The notes: generated from the sequence alone by a model not told the origin. A stretch of DNA of 32,000 bases from Raphidiopsis brookii D9 (GCA_000175855.1 ACYB01000036.1:30001-62000); one strand, 5' to 3'. Shown: positions 1-11,367, counted from the first letter of the stretch. A program made the numbers and translations.

Positions 1-846
1 CCCGCAACTCAATGTTACCCATCCTTAATGACTAAAAAAATACAAGGACTTTTTTGTGCTGGACAAATTAATGGCACGACGGGTTATGAAGAGGCAGCTG
101 CTCAAGGATTAGTGGCGGGCATTAATGCAGTTCAGTTTGTTCAAGGTCGAGAAATGGTGATTTTTCCCCGAGAACAAAGTTATATTGGCACTTTAATTGA
201 TGATTTGTGCACGAAGGATTTACGAGAACCCTATCGCATGCTCACCAGTCGCTCAGAATATCGGTTATTACTAAGGTCTGATAACGCAGATCAACGTATG
301 ACTCCCCTGGGAAGAGCAATAGGTCTAATTGATGACAGAAGATGGAATTTGTTTACTAGAAAACAAGAACACATTATTGGGGAAAAGGAAAGACTCCATT
401 CCACCAGAATCAAGGAGCATGAGGATATTGGTAGGTTGATTACTCAACATACTCAACAGGTTATTAAGGGTTCAATCACCCTCGTAGATCTGTTGCGTCG
501 TCCAGAAATCCATTATCTTGATTTGGAAAGATACGGACTCGGTAATCCCCATCTCCATGCAGCGGAAAAAGAGGGTGCGGAAATAGATATTAAGTATTCT
601 GGGTATTTGGCCAGACAGCAAAACCAAATCGACCAAATCGCTCGTCAAGCAAATCGCCATCTACCCCCCAATTTGGATTATGATTCTATTACTACTCTTT
701 CTAAAGAAGCTAGGGAGAAACTCACCACAGTTAAACCTCTCACGATTGGACAAGCATCGCGCATTGGAGGAGTAAATCCTGCTGACATTAATGCTCTACT
801 TATCTATTTGGAAACTAGAAAAAATTTGACTACATCCCCCCACTAA
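1..846 (+). CDS. mnmG: tRNA uridine 5-carboxymethylaminomethyl modification enzyme MnmG/GidA, C-terminal part (5' end off the left edge)
   Basis: Frame 1 is open from base 1. The translation [26 protein letters not shown] ... [19 protein letters not shown] ... [22 protein letters not shown] matches the conserved GidA core and C-terminal domain. Confidence 0.9.
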   Translation, partial: PATQCYPSLMTKKIQGLFCAGQINGTTGYEEAAAQGLVAGINAVQFVQGREMVIFPREQSYIGTLIDDLCTKDLREPYRMLTSRSEYRLLLRSDNADQRMTPLGRAIGLIDDRRWNLFTRKQEHIIGEKERLHSTRIKEHEDIGRLITQHTQQVIKGSITLVDLLRRPEIHYLDLERYGLGNPHLHAAEKEGAEIDIKYSGYLARQQNQIDQIARQANRHLPPNLDYDSITTLSKEAREKLTTVKPLTIGQASRIGGVNPADINALLIYLETRKNLTTSPH

Positions 847-1167
847 TGATGAAGTTAATGTCCTAATTATATACTGGGTGTACTTAATCTTGGGTGGTAT
901 TAGTTAGTATCCGGATAAAAATTGCCAGAACTGGAAAGCAATAAGCAATATATGAACCGGTTCAAGAGATGGATTTTTAATTTTTCTGGCGTTGCACCAG
1001 TGTTGAATCTAATATGGTAAGTGTTGTACCGTAGGTATGAAGGGTTGAATTTGGCTATTTCGCCATCCCTGGTCATGAGCAGGATGTCGTGTCATACTTC
1101 ACCCAATCCTAGGTTACCTAGATATATTTTGCCTAATAGTGTACACATTTTGGAAGTGAGTCCTGCG

Positions 1168-3072
1168 ATGGTTAAACTCCGTCAATCTTCCTTTAGACGA
1201 ATTTTAGTAACCAGAATATTACTGGTCTTTGTTCCAGTTTTATTAATTGGGGAAATAGCTGCACTGAATAAAGCACGTTCAAGCTTGCTAAATAATGTTA
1301 GGCAAAATTTAATTGATAGTGCGATTAATAAAGGAGAGAAAATTACAGATGCGATCGCCACCCTAGAAAGCAATTTACTGACAGCTACTCAGACTCAAGC
1401 GATAAAATCTGGGTCAGTTATAGAAGCGGAAAAATTAATCAAACAAATCAAGAGATTATTGCCCAATCAAATTGATTGTATTCAACTCAATCATCTTGAT
1501 AATAGGGATGAGAGGAATCTGGTGATTGCTAGTAGCTGTGGAAATCAACCTTTGATAGAAAATAATATGTCATGGATTAATAGTCAATTTTCTGGTGGAA
1601 TTAGTCATCAGGTTCACATTACCCCATTTTTACCATTGAAATCGAGAATTACTGGTAAACATCCTAGAGGAAACCAATTGGAATTAGTTTTGTCAGCACC
1701 AGTGTATAATCAGCGGGGAAATTTGGCTTATGTTTTAATTATTAAAACCACACTACACCGAGAAATGGAAAATCAACGAGGTTCCCTTATTGGTGCTTTA
1801 GTAGTAATTAGTGAAGATGGGACTATTCTGGCCCACCCATCTTTAGAAACCATAGGAACTAATATTAATAAATATACAGATTTGCAGCAGTTAAAAGGAG
1901 TTATTAAAGATGCTCTTGAGGGTAATAATAACTCCATAAATTTTCATTTTAGCGACGGAGAGGACTCGGTAGCTGGGTATACAGCTATTCCCAATCCTAT
2001 TACTAAACAAAAACACGAAAAATGGGTCATATTAGCTGTTGCTAGTGTTAGAGATGCTCTTTTAGGATTAGATCAGATTAAACTGATACTTATTGCCTTA
2101 ACAGTTGGTTTAGTAGGTGCTAGTTTATTGGTTTCTTTATACTTGGCACCTTTGTTAGCAAATCCTTTAGAGGAGTTAAGGGACTATGCTTTAAATATTC
2201 ACAGTCATCATGCAGTACAACCAATTCCGCGCAATTTTAGAATTAAGGAGTTTAATCAATTAGCTCAAGCATTGGATCAAATGGTGGAACGACTGAAAGC
2301 ATGGACAGAAGAGTTAGAAATGGCTTGGAAGGAGGCTAAATCAGCTAACACCGTCAAAAGTCAGTTTTTAGCCAACACATCCCATGAATTGAGAAATCCC
2401 CTGAATATCATTATTAACTGTGTGCGTTTAGTGAGAGATGGTTTATGTGATGATAAGGAGGAGGAATTAGAGTTTTTAAAAAAAGCTGATGATACGGCAA
2501 TTCATCTTTTAGGGATTATTAATGATCTGCTAGATATTTCTAAAATTGAAGCTGGTAAACTTTCGGTGGTGATGATTCCGTTGGAATTACGCCAATTACT
2601 ACTAGAAGTGATTAATTTACAATCAGTCAACGTGGAAAAGAAAGGACTGCAATTAAAATGTGAAATATTAGAACAGATTATCCCTATTAAGGGTGATAGA
2701 ATCAAACTCAAACAGGTGCTGATCAATGTTATTGGTAATGCTACCAAATTCACCGAGGAAGGAAGTATTACAATTAGCACTAAAACTATCCAACAAAATA
2801 GTAAATTGTATGTGGTTATTTCCGTGGTAGATACTGGTATAGGTATAGATCCACAGCAGCAGCATAAACTATTTCGTCCCTTTGTAATGGTGGATGGTAG
2901 TACCACACGCAAATTTGAGGGAACGGGTTTAGGATTAGCTATTTCCCGCAATTTGATTGAATTAATGGGGGGGAAAATTAGTTTGGAAAGTTTGGGTTTA
3001 AATCGGGGAACAACGGTTAAGATTATTCTACCACTTATAGATATTTCTCTTTTACCTGCTCCCTATAACTAA
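1168..3072 (+). CDS. Sensor histidine kinase (two TM segments flanking a Cache-like extracytoplasmic domain, then HAMP, HisKA, HATPase_c); no adjacent response regulator
   Basis: H-box [12 protein letters not shown]-box [10 protein letters not shown]-boxes DTGIGI and [18 protein letters not shown], plus hydrophobic segments [17 protein letters not shown] and [23 protein letters not shown]. The ORF is open from GTG 1021, but ATG 1168 ([11 protein letters not shown], preceded by GGAAGTGAG) is the more plausible start. Confidence 0.85.
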   Translation: MVKLRQSSFRRILVTRILLVFVPVLLIGEIAALNKARSSLLNNVRQNLIDSAINKGEKITDAIATLESNLLTATQTQAIKSGSVIEAEKLIKQIKRLLPNQIDCIQLNHLDNRDERNLVIASSCGNQPLIENNMSWINSQFSGGISHQVHITPFLPLKSRITGKHPRGNQLELVLSAPVYNQRGNLAYVLIIKTTLHREMENQRGSLIGALVVISEDGTILAHPSLETIGTNINKYTDLQQLKGVIKDALEGNNNSINFHFSDGEDSVAGYTAIPNPITKQKHEKWVILAVASVRDALLGLDQIKLILIALTVGLVGASLLVSLYLAPLLANPLEELRDYALNIHSHHAVQPIPRNFRIKEFNQLAQALDQMVERLKAWTEELEMAWKEAKSANTVKSQFLANTSHELRNPLNIIINCVRLVRDGLCDDKEEELEFLKKADDTAIHLLGIINDLLDISKIEAGKLSVVMIPLELRQLLLEVINLQSVNVEKKGLQLKCEILEQIIPIKGDRIKLKQVLINVIGNATKFTEEGSITISTKTIQQNSKLYVVISVVDTGIGIDPQQQHKLFRPFVMVDGSTTRKFEGTGLGLAISRNLIELMGGKISLESLGLNRGTTVKIILPLIDISLLPAPYN

Positions 3073-3857
3073 ATACCCGCACCATCCAAAAATTCTTGTA
3101 TGGCTTTATCTCGAATATGACAGACTTTCTGTTCCCTAGGTGATTCTTGATCTCCCATTAGTTTACCCACTAAAACCGAGGTCTTGAGGTAACTAGGGAG
3201 AGATGGAATTGGGTCTTTGAGATTTTTGATTTCTTCCTCTAGCATTTCAATACGATTAACTAAAGCTCGAATTGCTTCTGCTTCAGAATCAGGTAGATTA
3301 TTATGTTCTAAGGGAGCAATACGCACCCCTGAACGATAGATAATTCTCCCTGGTATACCAACAACAGTACAATTGGATGGTACATCCCTGAGTACTACCG
3401 AACCTGCACCAATACGAACATTACTACCTATTTGGAGATTACCCAATACCTTAGCACCCGCACCAACAACCACATTTTCTCCCAGGGTGGGGTGACGTTT
3501 ACCACTTTGTTTACCCGTACCACCTAGGGTTACACCCTGATATATGAGAGCATAATCACCCACAATGGCAGTTTCTCCAATCACAACTCCCATACCATGG
3601 TCAATAAATACTCCCTTACCAATTACCGCACCTGGATGTATTTCCACACCCGTGAAAAATCTAGCTATCTGGGAAATGAGACGGGGAATTAAGGGAATAC
3701 CCATGGTGTATAGGGTATGTGCTATTCTATGAAAGATGAGAGCTTGTAAACCAGGATAGCAAAATAAAACTTCCAACCAGTTGCGAGCAGCTGGATCTCG
3801 TTCAAAGATAATACGAAAATCGTCACGCAGTGTAGATAGCATCGAGATATTATCCAA
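3069..3857 (-). CDS. cysE: Serine O-acetyltransferase (left-handed beta-helix hexapeptide acyltransferase)
   Basis: N-terminal SATase helix region [35 protein letters not shown], followed by hexapeptide repeats [32 protein letters not shown]...[24 protein letters not shown]. Confidence 0.85.
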   Translation of the reverse strand: MDNISMLSTLRDDFRIIFERDPAARNWLEVLFCYPGLQALIFHRIAHTLYTMGIPLIPRLISQIARFFTGVEIHPGAVIGKGVFIDHGMGVVIGETAIVGDYALIYQGVTLGGTGKQSGKRHPTLGENVVVGAGAKVLGNLQIGSNVRIGAGSVVLRDVPSNCTVVGIPGRIIYRSGVRIAPLEHNNLPDSEAEAIRALVNRIEMLEEEIKNLKDPIPSLPSYLKTSVLVGKLMGDQESPREQKVCHIRDKAIQEFLDGAGI

Positions 3858-3930
3858 AAAAGCTACTTTGTCATTTTAAATCATAGCGAACTAGATTTCC
3901 AACTCTAGTGAAAAATATTGGTCAAATTCC

Positions 3931-5634
3931 TTAATCTTTAAGCTGGAAAAACACTCCACCCTTCCACATCCCTGGGTTATGATCATAATTACTAATTGTG
4001 AGCGATCGCAAGTTTTTAAAAAGTGGTTGAGCGAACAATTCCCCCAATGGAACTAGGGGTTGTTGACTTTCGAGAAATCTTTGACTTTTTTGCCAGTCTA
4101 TATACACATAACCCTGGTTGGTTTGTGATCTATGATCATTAGCTGTCTTAAATTGGCGGTTTTGGGTCAGGGGATTTTCCTGATGGGTGAGAATTTTTTC
4201 CATTGTTAAAATATCGGAGGCAAAAATTTCATAGTTATCAACAGTTGTATGAAGACCTATGATTTGTGCATCTACAATTTTATTTAGGAATTTTAGTTTT
4301 GTCCATGCAAAAATTGTTTGGTCATTTAATGGGAAAGAACTAACATTAAATCCCTGTTTTATAGCAACAGTATTTAAGTGAGCAATCCCCTGGATTAAAC
4401 TAGGGGATTTTTCTACAATAAAGGTCCAATGAGTATTATCCTCCACATTGGGAAAAATCCCCAGAGCATATTCGCCATCTATCCAACTGAAAATATCATC
4501 GGACAAGCTGATTCCTAATTGTTCTTGAAGTTCCCATAAGCGTGGTAATAACCTACGAGTACCTATAGTTGGGGATCCGTAAATAGTAGTTGTTGTCTGT
4601 TGCCAAAGTTTATTTATACCACTCTCTTGCTGGAGATTGGTACCACTAATTGCTAAACCAACAGATTCCGGAAGATAATTCACAGCATTAGTTACAACAT
4701 TGTTTAACCTGGCCATAGATGCTTGGCGAGGAACCGGGGACGGGTTAAAAAATCCAGTTTCTACCAACAAACCATCAGGATTTAATACTAAAGAAAGAAG
4801 CTGACTATCATAGTTGGCAGAAATTGATGTTTCTGGAAACTTTAAATTTTGCCATTTTGCCACATAGGGTAAATTAAAATATCCCAGAGCTAGGGCATTT
4901 TTAGGCAGTTCTTGGATAGCTCTTTGATATTTGGGAGAACTGACTAAATTCAAATTGGGAGCTTGAACATTATTAATTGACTCTTTCAAAACCTTGATAT
5001 CATTGGCAAACAAAACATATTTACCTACAACCGCACCAGCTAAAGAACTGTTGATTTCAAACCCCGAAAATTGACTGGATGTTAACTTATTTTCACCGGG
5101 CAGATCATAAACTAACTTTGTGCCATTATATTTTGAAACTTCTAGGGTTTTTCCTAATAAAGCTCGTTGAGAAAATAATAATTTAATAAACTCACGGCTT
5201 TGAGTTGGATCCTCCGTTGCCAATATCATTAAATATCCCGGTTGCATCCCATTATCTGGGTTACGGTCAAGATCCTCACTGGTAACAACCAAGCTAATTT
5301 CCTTACCTAACCAGGATTGAATATCATTAGTTATATTTTTTGCCGATAATTTGGCGATCGCCTGAGTAAATTCCCGGTCTAAAGATTGTAACTCTTGGGG
5401 ATTAACTAGTAGAGATATCATTGCAGGTGATGTTCGAGAAACAAACATACTAGCCCCAGGTTGAGAAATGGGGGTAATAGTCTTAATTGTATGAGGGAGC
5501 CAGTATAAGCCAGTAGTAGCAATTAACAGCAAAGTAATAATACCAGCCAAGATCCAACCAAAAGATAAGCGTTGATAATTCGCGTTCAAATTATTCACTT
5601 TTAACCTACTTTCCCGCCTTTTTGTCGCCACCAT
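3931..5634 (-). CDS. Conserved hypothetical protein with a single N-terminal membrane anchor (resembles the cyanobacterial DUF3352-type family; function unknown)
   Basis: A 567-aa uninterrupted ORF. The N-terminal TM segment is FGWILAGIITLLLIATTGLYWL. I saw no catalytic motifs, and the family assignment is from memory only. Confidence 0.55.
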   Translation of the reverse strand: MVATKRRESRLKVNNLNANYQRLSFGWILAGIITLLLIATTGLYWLPHTIKTITPISQPGASMFVSRTSPAMISLLVNPQELQSLDREFTQAIAKLSAKNITNDIQSWLGKEISLVVTSEDLDRNPDNGMQPGYLMILATEDPTQSREFIKLLFSQRALLGKTLEVSKYNGTKLVYDLPGENKLTSSQFSGFEINSSLAGAVVGKYVLFANDIKVLKESINNVQAPNLNLVSSPKYQRAIQELPKNALALGYFNLPYVAKWQNLKFPETSISANYDSQLLSLVLNPDGLLVETGFFNPSPVPRQASMARLNNVVTNAVNYLPESVGLAISGTNLQQESGINKLWQQTTTTIYGSPTIGTRRLLPRLWELQEQLGISLSDDIFSWIDGEYALGIFPNVEDNTHWTFIVEKSPSLIQGIAHLNTVAIKQGFNVSSFPLNDQTIFAWTKLKFLNKIVDAQIIGLHTTVDNYEIFASDILTMEKILTHQENPLTQNRQFKTANDHRSQTNQGYVYIDWQKSQRFLESQQPLVPLGELFAQPLFKNLRSLTISNYDHNPGMWKGGVFFQLKD

Positions 5635-5671
5635 ATAGTATAATTCGAGTTGGTAGTTTAACGATTATGTT

Positions 5672-6022
5672 ATGATGACTGGTGAATCTTTTAAAGAAAT
5701 TCGAGTTCAAGAACTACAGCAACGTTTAATCCAGGATAGTTCCAATTTACAATTAATAGACGTGCGAGAACCACAAGAGGTTGCCATAGCACAAATTTCC
5801 GGTTTTGTCAACCTCCCCCTGAGTGAATATGATCAATGGCAAGGAGAAATTTCCGCTCGTTTTGAAACTTCTAAGGAAACCCTAGTATTATGCCACCATG
5901 GTTCAAGATCTGCTCAAATGTGCCAATGGCTTCTATCTCAGGGATTTACGGACGTTAGTAATATTGTAGGTGGGATAGATGCCTATTCTCTCTTAGTGGA
6001 TAATTCCATACCTCAATATTAG
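5672..6022 (+). CDS. Single-domain rhodanese-like sulfurtransferase
   Basis: 116 aa with LIDVREPQE and the active-site loop CHHGSRS followed by GGIDAY. Confidence 0.8.
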   Translation: MMTGESFKEIRVQELQQRLIQDSSNLQLIDVREPQEVAIAQISGFVNLPLSEYDQWQGEISARFETSKETLVLCHHGSRSAQMCQWLLSQGFTDVSNIVGGIDAYSLLVDNSIPQY

Positions 6023-6059
6023 ACACTGTGTTTACGGATAGAAAGTGCTTAATCATCTT

Positions 6060-6084
6060 GCTACCCATTAAAAGGTAGCTTTTT
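6060..6084 (+). terminator. Candidate rho-independent terminator downstream of the rhodanese gene
   Basis: GCTACC (6060-6065) and GGTAGC (6074-6079) form a 6-bp stem with an 8-nt loop, followed by TTTTT (6080-6084). The stem is short and AT-poor, so support is weak. Confidence 0.35.
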
Positions 6085-6323
6085 GTATCAGCAAGCACAA
6101 ACTTTTGCAAAAAATTTATGGGAATATGGTAGAATGGTTTGATATGGGTGTTTCAGTATAAGTAATACAAATATAGACAGGTAGTGCAAGCTGTTAGATG
6201 TTAGGTTTGTTAAAGTAATAATTAATAATTAATCATAATTAATCTCTTTTTTAATTTCCCTTGTCCGTGTCGCGAGACAAACTTTTGCACCCCTTAAAAT
6301 ACGCCTTCACCAAAATATACTTT

Positions 6324-7406
6324 ATGCAAGTCCAGCTGACAAATCGACAACAACATATACTATGGGCGACGGTAAGACATTACATTGCCACAGCGGAACC
6401 AGTTGGTTCAAAAGCTTTAATTGAAGAATTTGATCTTGGTATTAGTTCTGCCACTATTCGCAGTGTAATGGGCGTTTTAGAAAAATCGGGTTTATTGTAC
6501 CAACCCCACACTTCTGCGGGTAGGATTCCCTCGGATTCAGGTTATCGTATATATGTGAATCAGCTGATGAAACCGTCAGCAGCTCTGGTTAAGGAAGTGG
6601 AATCCACCTTACAGCAGCGACTCCCTTGGGATGATTGGAGTTTAGAAGCCTTATTACAGGGTGCGGCGCAAATTTTAGCGACTTTAAGTGGCTGTATTAC
6701 CCTAATTACCATGCCACAAGCTAACACTACCCAAATCCGACACTTACAACTTTTACAAGTGGAAAGGGGAAAAGTCATGTTGATTGTAGTCACTGATGGA
6801 TACGAAACCCATTCCAAAGTGGTGGACTTGTTCCCAGAATCAGGTGTAAATCAACTGGAAGCAGAAACGATTGACAGAGAACTACAAATACTTTCTAACT
6901 TTTTAAATACCAGCTTGCGTAACTATACCCTATCAGATCTAGCCAATATGAATTGGAGTGAACTAGATCGGGAATTTCAAAGTTATGGAGAACTGTTGAA
7001 AAAATCCTTGACAGAATTACTCAAGCGTGCGTCCAATCCGCCAAATAGCCAAATTATGGTGCGAGGTGTGGGAGAGGTGTTAAGACAACCGGAATTTTCC
7101 CAGTTGCAGCAAGTACAAACAATAATGCATCTCCTAGAAGAAGAACAAGAACAACTATGGAAATTAATATGTGACGAACCGGAGATAGAAGAAACTGGTC
7201 AACCCAAGGTGACAGTGCGTATTGGCGCAGAAAATCCCTTAGAACCTATGAGAAGCTGCTCCTTGATTTTTTCTAGTTATCGTAGGGGTACAATACCTGT
7301 TGGGAGGGTAGGAGTTTTGGGCCCAACTAGGTTAGACTATGAAAATGCCATTGCAGTGGTAGCAGCAGCAGCAGCATATCTTTCGGAAGCATTTAACTAC
7401 TATTGA
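6324..7406 (+). CDS. hrcA: Heat-inducible transcriptional repressor HrcA
   Basis: [28 protein letters not shown]...[38 protein letters not shown] is the HrcA winged-helix N-terminus, and the C-terminal [14 protein letters not shown] is the HrcA signature. The ORF is open from 6261, but ATG 6324 ([10 protein letters not shown]) fits HrcA N-termini better. Confidence 0.85.
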   Translation: MQVQLTNRQQHILWATVRHYIATAEPVGSKALIEEFDLGISSATIRSVMGVLEKSGLLYQPHTSAGRIPSDSGYRIYVNQLMKPSAALVKEVESTLQQRLPWDDWSLEALLQGAAQILATLSGCITLITMPQANTTQIRHLQLLQVERGKVMLIVVTDGYETHSKVVDLFPESGVNQLEAETIDRELQILSNFLNTSLRNYTLSDLANMNWSELDREFQSYGELLKKSLTELLKRASNPPNSQIMVRGVGEVLRQPEFSQLQQVQTIMHLLEEEQEQLWKLICDEPEIEETGQPKVTVRIGAENPLEPMRSCSLIFSSYRRGTIPVGRVGVLGPTRLDYENAIAVVAAAAAYLSEAFNYY

Positions 7407-7462
7407 TTTGCTTTTGCCATTGATGTTATGGTTTTGGTGTGTATGGAGTCTGGCGTGAGAAA

Positions 7463-8110
7463 ATGTTAAGAAGAATAATTTTATTGGCAATATGGCTAGG
7501 GTTTGTTAGCTACGCCTTTTTCCTTGCTCCCCCTGATAACTTTCCCCTAACTGTAGAGCTAATCAAAAACCTTTGTGTAGGAAATTGGCAAGGTATTAAT
7601 CCTCTGATTATCGCCCTATTTTATTTAATGGGAATTTGGCCTTTGGTGTATAGTGCAGTCTTGTTTTTTGATGGAAGGGGACAAAAAATAGTGGCTTGGC
7701 CATTTGCATTTGCATCCTTTGGCGTTGGTGCTTTTGCTATTTTGCCCTATTTAGTTTTAAGAGCAGAAAACCCAGAATTTACGGGTGATAAGAACTGGTT
7801 TTTAAAAAATTTCGACTCTCGATGGACAGGAATTTCATTAAGTTTAGCAGCACTGGTTTTGGTAGGATATGGGTGGAGAGGGGATGGGTTTGATTTTATT
7901 CATCAATGGCAAACCAATAGGTTTATTCATGTAATGACCCTGGATTTTTTGTTGCTGAGTCTATTATTTCCCATACTATTGGGAGATGACATGACGCGAC
8001 GGGGTTGGCACAATCATCGATTATGGTGGTTATTTGCCTTGATTCCCCTTTTTGGTCCTTTGGTTTATTTATGTGTTAGACCACCCACAAAAGAATCAAC
8101 CTCCCAATAA
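7463..8110 (+). CDS. Multi-pass integral membrane protein, function unknown
   Basis: Several hydrophobic helices (IILLAIWLGFVSYAFFLA, LIIALFYLMGIWPLVYSAVLFF, WPFAFASFGVGAFAILPYLVL, LWWLFALIPLFGPLVYLCV). An alternative GTG start lies at 7439. Confidence 0.6.
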   Translation: MLRRIILLAIWLGFVSYAFFLAPPDNFPLTVELIKNLCVGNWQGINPLIIALFYLMGIWPLVYSAVLFFDGRGQKIVAWPFAFASFGVGAFAILPYLVLRAENPEFTGDKNWFLKNFDSRWTGISLSLAALVLVGYGWRGDGFDFIHQWQTNRFIHVMTLDFLLLSLLFPILLGDDMTRRGWHNHRLWWLFALIPLFGPLVYLCVRPPTKESTSQ

Positions 8111-8148
8111 GTAGAAATAATTGCCGATTGATACAATAGATAAAATAT

Positions 8149-8910
8149 ATGCAGATCATGAGCGAAAAAACAGATAGTAAGAAATCAGAACCTAGCCAGG
8201 ATGAAAGCTTCTCAGCCAAAGAGTTTTTCAATAGACAATGGGAACTTTACCAAAAAGTATTAAACAATAATTACATGGGACATCAGGAAATATATGATGT
8301 GCTACACAAATTATTAGCTCAATGGTCAAAACCCTTTACTATGCTAGATTTAGGGTGTGGGGATGCCAGTTTTACTAGTCGAGCTTTATTAAACACCCAA
8401 ATTACTGAATATACGGGTGTAGACGTATCCACAGCTGCACTAGTGGATGCTGAACAAAACATTGCCCTAATTGGGTGCGAGAGAAAACTTGTGTCAGTAG
8501 ACTGTTGGCAATTCATCAATGATTTAGTCCAATATGGAACCCCAAAATTTGATGTTGTTCTCATATCCTTTGCTCTTCACCATTTGCAACCGGAGGAAAA
8601 AGAACAGGTAATTGATAATATCAGAACCCTGTTAAATCCCCATGGGGTTTTCATCCTTATTGACATCATTCGTCAAAAAAAGGAAGATCGGGAAAGTTAT
8701 ATACAACGCTATTTAGGGAATGTGAAAAGGGACTGGTCTTTAATTGACCCCCAAGAGTATACAATGGTGGAAAATCATATTTCATCCAGTGATTTTCCTG
8801 AAACTCAGTTCTGGTTTCAAACCATCTCTCAAAAACTGGGTTTTATTAACTTCACACCAGTTTATTGTGATGATTTAGATACTACACAGCTATTGTGTTT
8901 TTATCCCTAG
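8149..8910 (+). CDS. Class I SAM-dependent methyltransferase
   Basis: Motif I is MLDLGCGDASFT, the post-I acidic residue is in YTGVDVS, and VVLISFALHHL fits motif II/III. The substrate cannot be inferred. Confidence 0.7.
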   Translation: MQIMSEKTDSKKSEPSQDESFSAKEFFNRQWELYQKVLNNNYMGHQEIYDVLHKLLAQWSKPFTMLDLGCGDASFTSRALLNTQITEYTGVDVSTAALVDAEQNIALIGCERKLVSVDCWQFINDLVQYGTPKFDVVLISFALHHLQPEEKEQVIDNIRTLLNPHGVFILIDIIRQKKEDRESYIQRYLGNVKRDWSLIDPQEYTMVENHISSSDFPETQFWFQTISQKLGFINFTPVYCDDLDTTQLLCFYP

Positions 8911-9004
8911 AGACCAGGAAACATACCATACATTCGGGTTTAGTAAGGTCAAACTGTTCTGTGTCTGGTTTTTTGTGCTAGATATTGACCTAATTGAGAA
9001 GTAT

Positions 9005-9904
9005 TTACACTTTTTTACCTGCAGCAGCAGTCTGATTTTGAAACAATACAAAAGCAGCAACAGCGATTAAAAAATAACCAAAATACTTCTGTAATTTTCT
9101 TCCATCAATGAACCCAGACAGATAACCACCAAAAAAACTACCTAAACTAGCAGCAACAATAAAACTACCTATTAAGTTCCAATCCAAATTCACACGTCCT
9201 AAATAACCCAAAAAACCTGCCATCGCATTAGCTACTAAAATCAACAAAGAAGTACCAATGGCTTCTTTCATGGGTGTTTTACCTAAAATTACTAAAGCAG
9301 GAACAATGGCAAAACCACCTCCAACTCCTATCAACCCAGTTAATGTTCCTACTCCTAACCCCTCGGTTAATAACCATAACCAGCAATACTTGCAAACTGG
9401 GGGTTGGTAAATATGCTCGTAAACATCATCTTGATAAATATCTTGATCCTGTGGTGGATAACCCTGATCTAAATCCAAAGATCTATCCTTTCTTGGTTCT
9501 AGATCCTTTTGGTATTTTATGGATGATTTATCTGGATTTTGCCTACTCCTTCTGATCATAAGGAATGCTGCTATCAACATCACAATTGCAAAAAGCAGCA
9601 TTTGTAAATTGTCAGTAATAAATGGTAACCCTGCAATTTTAGCACCTAAAAAGGCACCTAACATGGTCGCAGAGCCAAAAATAAACGCTTTACGAAAATT
9701 GATGTTTCGATTTTTCCAATGAGGAATTAATCCAATCAAGCTGACCGTACCAACAATGATTAGGGTCATGGCAATTGCTGACTTGGTTGGCACCCCCATC
9801 ACATACACTAAAACCGGTAGGGCTAAAACTGAACCACCACCACCTATTAACCCTAAGCTAATACCTATTCCAGTCGCCAAAATATGTCCTAAGATCCACA
9901 TCAT
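9005..9904 (-). CDS. TauE/SafE family sulfite/organosulfonate exporter-like membrane protein
   Basis: Two repeated halves each carry the glycine-rich helix GGGGSVLALPVLVY / GVGGGFAIVPALVI, separated by a hydrophilic loop. This is the typical TauE/SafE (DUF81) topology. Confidence 0.8.
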   Translation of the reverse strand: MMWILGHILATGIGISLGLIGGGGSVLALPVLVYVMGVPTKSAIAMTLIIVGTVSLIGLIPHWKNRNINFRKAFIFGSATMLGAFLGAKIAGLPFITDNLQMLLFAIVMLIAAFLMIRRSRQNPDKSSIKYQKDLEPRKDRSLDLDQGYPPQDQDIYQDDVYEHIYQPPVCKYCWLWLLTEGLGVGTLTGLIGVGGGFAIVPALVILGKTPMKEAIGTSLLILVANAMAGFLGYLGRVNLDWNLIGSFIVAASLGSFFGGYLSGFIDGRKLQKYFGYFLIAVAAFVLFQNQTAAAGKKV

Positions 9905-9975
9905 AGTTTCTCATACCCAACTTCACAATCCACCAATTTTTAAAAACAGACCCCCTGTAGGGAGTCTTAGTATTT

Positions 9976-10515
9976 TCAACCTCTTTGGTTATAGGGCAAT
10001 TTCTTCAATAGCATAGCCATGGTACAAGTATTGGTTAACCCAGCAAATACTAAACCAGTCCCTACAAAACCACTTAAAATTAAAAACCAAGGAGAAACCA
10101 AAACTCCTAAAACTGTCCCAGTAACCACCAAAGTTCCTGCCACTATTTGCACTTGTCTCATTATACTTATAGGAGCATTCTTATTCCTATTAGTTACATA
10201 TCCTAACTTTTTCCAAGCACTAATTCCTCCCTGCAATTGACTGAAATCTCTAAATCCAAATTCTATTAATCTATGGGCAGCTTGTTTGGATCTATTTCCT
10301 GAATGGCAATAAAGAACTATCTTTTTGCCAGTTAATAAGGATATTTTTTCTGGATCTAATTTTGATAGAGACAAAAGTTGAGAACCAGGAATATGCTCAC
10401 CCATAAATTCTTCCTGCTCTCTCACATCTATCAAATGTACTCTTTGGTTTTCTAACAATTCTTTCACCTGTGAAGCATCTAATACTTGTAATTCTTCTTT
10501 GCCTGAAATCTCCAT
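9976..10515 (-). CDS. Membrane-anchored rhodanese (rhodanese domain plus a DUF2892-like two-helix C-terminus; YgaP-like)
   Basis: HLIDVREQEEF and the active-site loop CHSGNRS. The C-terminal IVAGTLVVTGTVLGVLVSPWFLILSGFVGTGLVFAGLTNTC resembles the YgaP membrane tail. Confidence 0.75.
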   Translation of the reverse strand: MEISGKEELQVLDASQVKELLENQRVHLIDVREQEEFMGEHIPGSQLLSLSKLDPEKISLLTGKKIVLYCHSGNRSKQAAHRLIEFGFRDFSQLQGGISAWKKLGYVTNRNKNAPISIMRQVQIVAGTLVVTGTVLGVLVSPWFLILSGFVGTGLVFAGLTNTCTMAMLLKKLPYNQRG

Positions 10516-10567
10516 TTGCCTACTCCTGTCGCTATATTTACCAATTTATCCCGTTGAAACTCCACCC

Positions 10568-11262
10568 TTAAACCGCCTTACCGCAAAGTTGATTCGCAGG
10601 AACCGCTGCCATCATTTTTTGAGGATTTGGCAAGTTTAATTCATTCATTAGTTTGACAAATGTCTCCCTGGTATATCCTTTAAAACGAGGGTTATATTTT
10701 CTTTCTTCACCGATAGTAGAAACTGTAAAACCTCTATAGTCATGTCCCGGGTAAACTTCTATTTCGTCCGGAAGTGTAAACAATTTTTCGGTGACAATGT
10801 CAAACAGAGTTTCCGCACTTCCACTTTGAAAATCAGTTCTCCCACAACCCTAATTAATAATGAATCTCCAGTAAATAACTTCTCTTGATTGACTAAAAAG
10901 GCTAAATGACTGTCCGTATGTCCCGGTGTACCAATCGCTAAAATATTAATCGCCCCTATGGTTAATATCTCCCCATCTTCCATCTGTTTGTCCGCACAAC
11001 TGACATCAGAATTAGCAGGTACAATCCCCAAACACCCTGTTCGCTCCCGCAATTTACCCGTACCTGTGATATGATCAGCATGAATATGAGTTTCTAAGCA
11101 ATACTGCAATGTTAAACCTAGTTCCTCAATTAACTGTAAGTCCCTTTCTACTTGCTCCACCACAGGATCTACTAGCACAGCCGCTTCTGTCTGCTCGTCA
11201 GCAATTAAGTATGTATATGTGCTAGATTCTCTGTCAAAAAGTTGTCTAAATAACATATTCAC
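10568..11262 (-). pseudogene. ETHE1-like persulfide dioxygenase (MBL fold), interrupted by a 1-nt frameshift (ORF pieces 10759..11262 and 10568..10783)
   Basis: THIHADHITG (HxHxDH) and GTPGHTDSH. The text reads FTGDSLLIR, then in the adjacent frame [56 protein letters not shown], which is nearly collinear with ETHE1. The frames rejoin if the CCC at 10848-10850 (GGG on the coding strand) is read as four bases. Confidence 0.85.
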
Positions 11263-11304
11263 CCTTCACTTTTACACTTTGCCTACTTGATAATCTCATC
11301 ATAT

Positions 11305-11316
11305 TACTATATAGTA
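11305..11316. promoter_or_regulatory. Perfect 12-bp palindrome TACTATATAGTA in the divergent promoter region; candidate operator of the ArsR-family regulator
   Basis: The palindrome is seen directly. It lies 52 bp upstream of the ArsR-like ATG (11368) and 43 bp upstream of the dioxygenase ATG (11262, opposite strand). ArsR/SmtB regulators usually bind AT-rich inverted repeats in such regions, so the operator role is inferred. Confidence 0.3.
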
Positions 11317-11367
11317 GAATAGTCAAGTGCAAATTTCAGAAATTCTCTAAAATTTTCCCAGTTTTTT

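Noticed and set aside
472-10240. Antisense or overlapping short ORFs inside mnmG, the kinase, hrcA, the methyltransferase, TauE and the YgaP-like gene (472..660, 1182..1373, 2502..2951, 2668..2865, 6560..6817, 8319..8564, 9274..9555, 9519..9722, 9756..10016, 10019..10240)
   Set aside because: Each lies within a longer ORF on the opposite strand that carries clear family motifs. None has motifs of its own.
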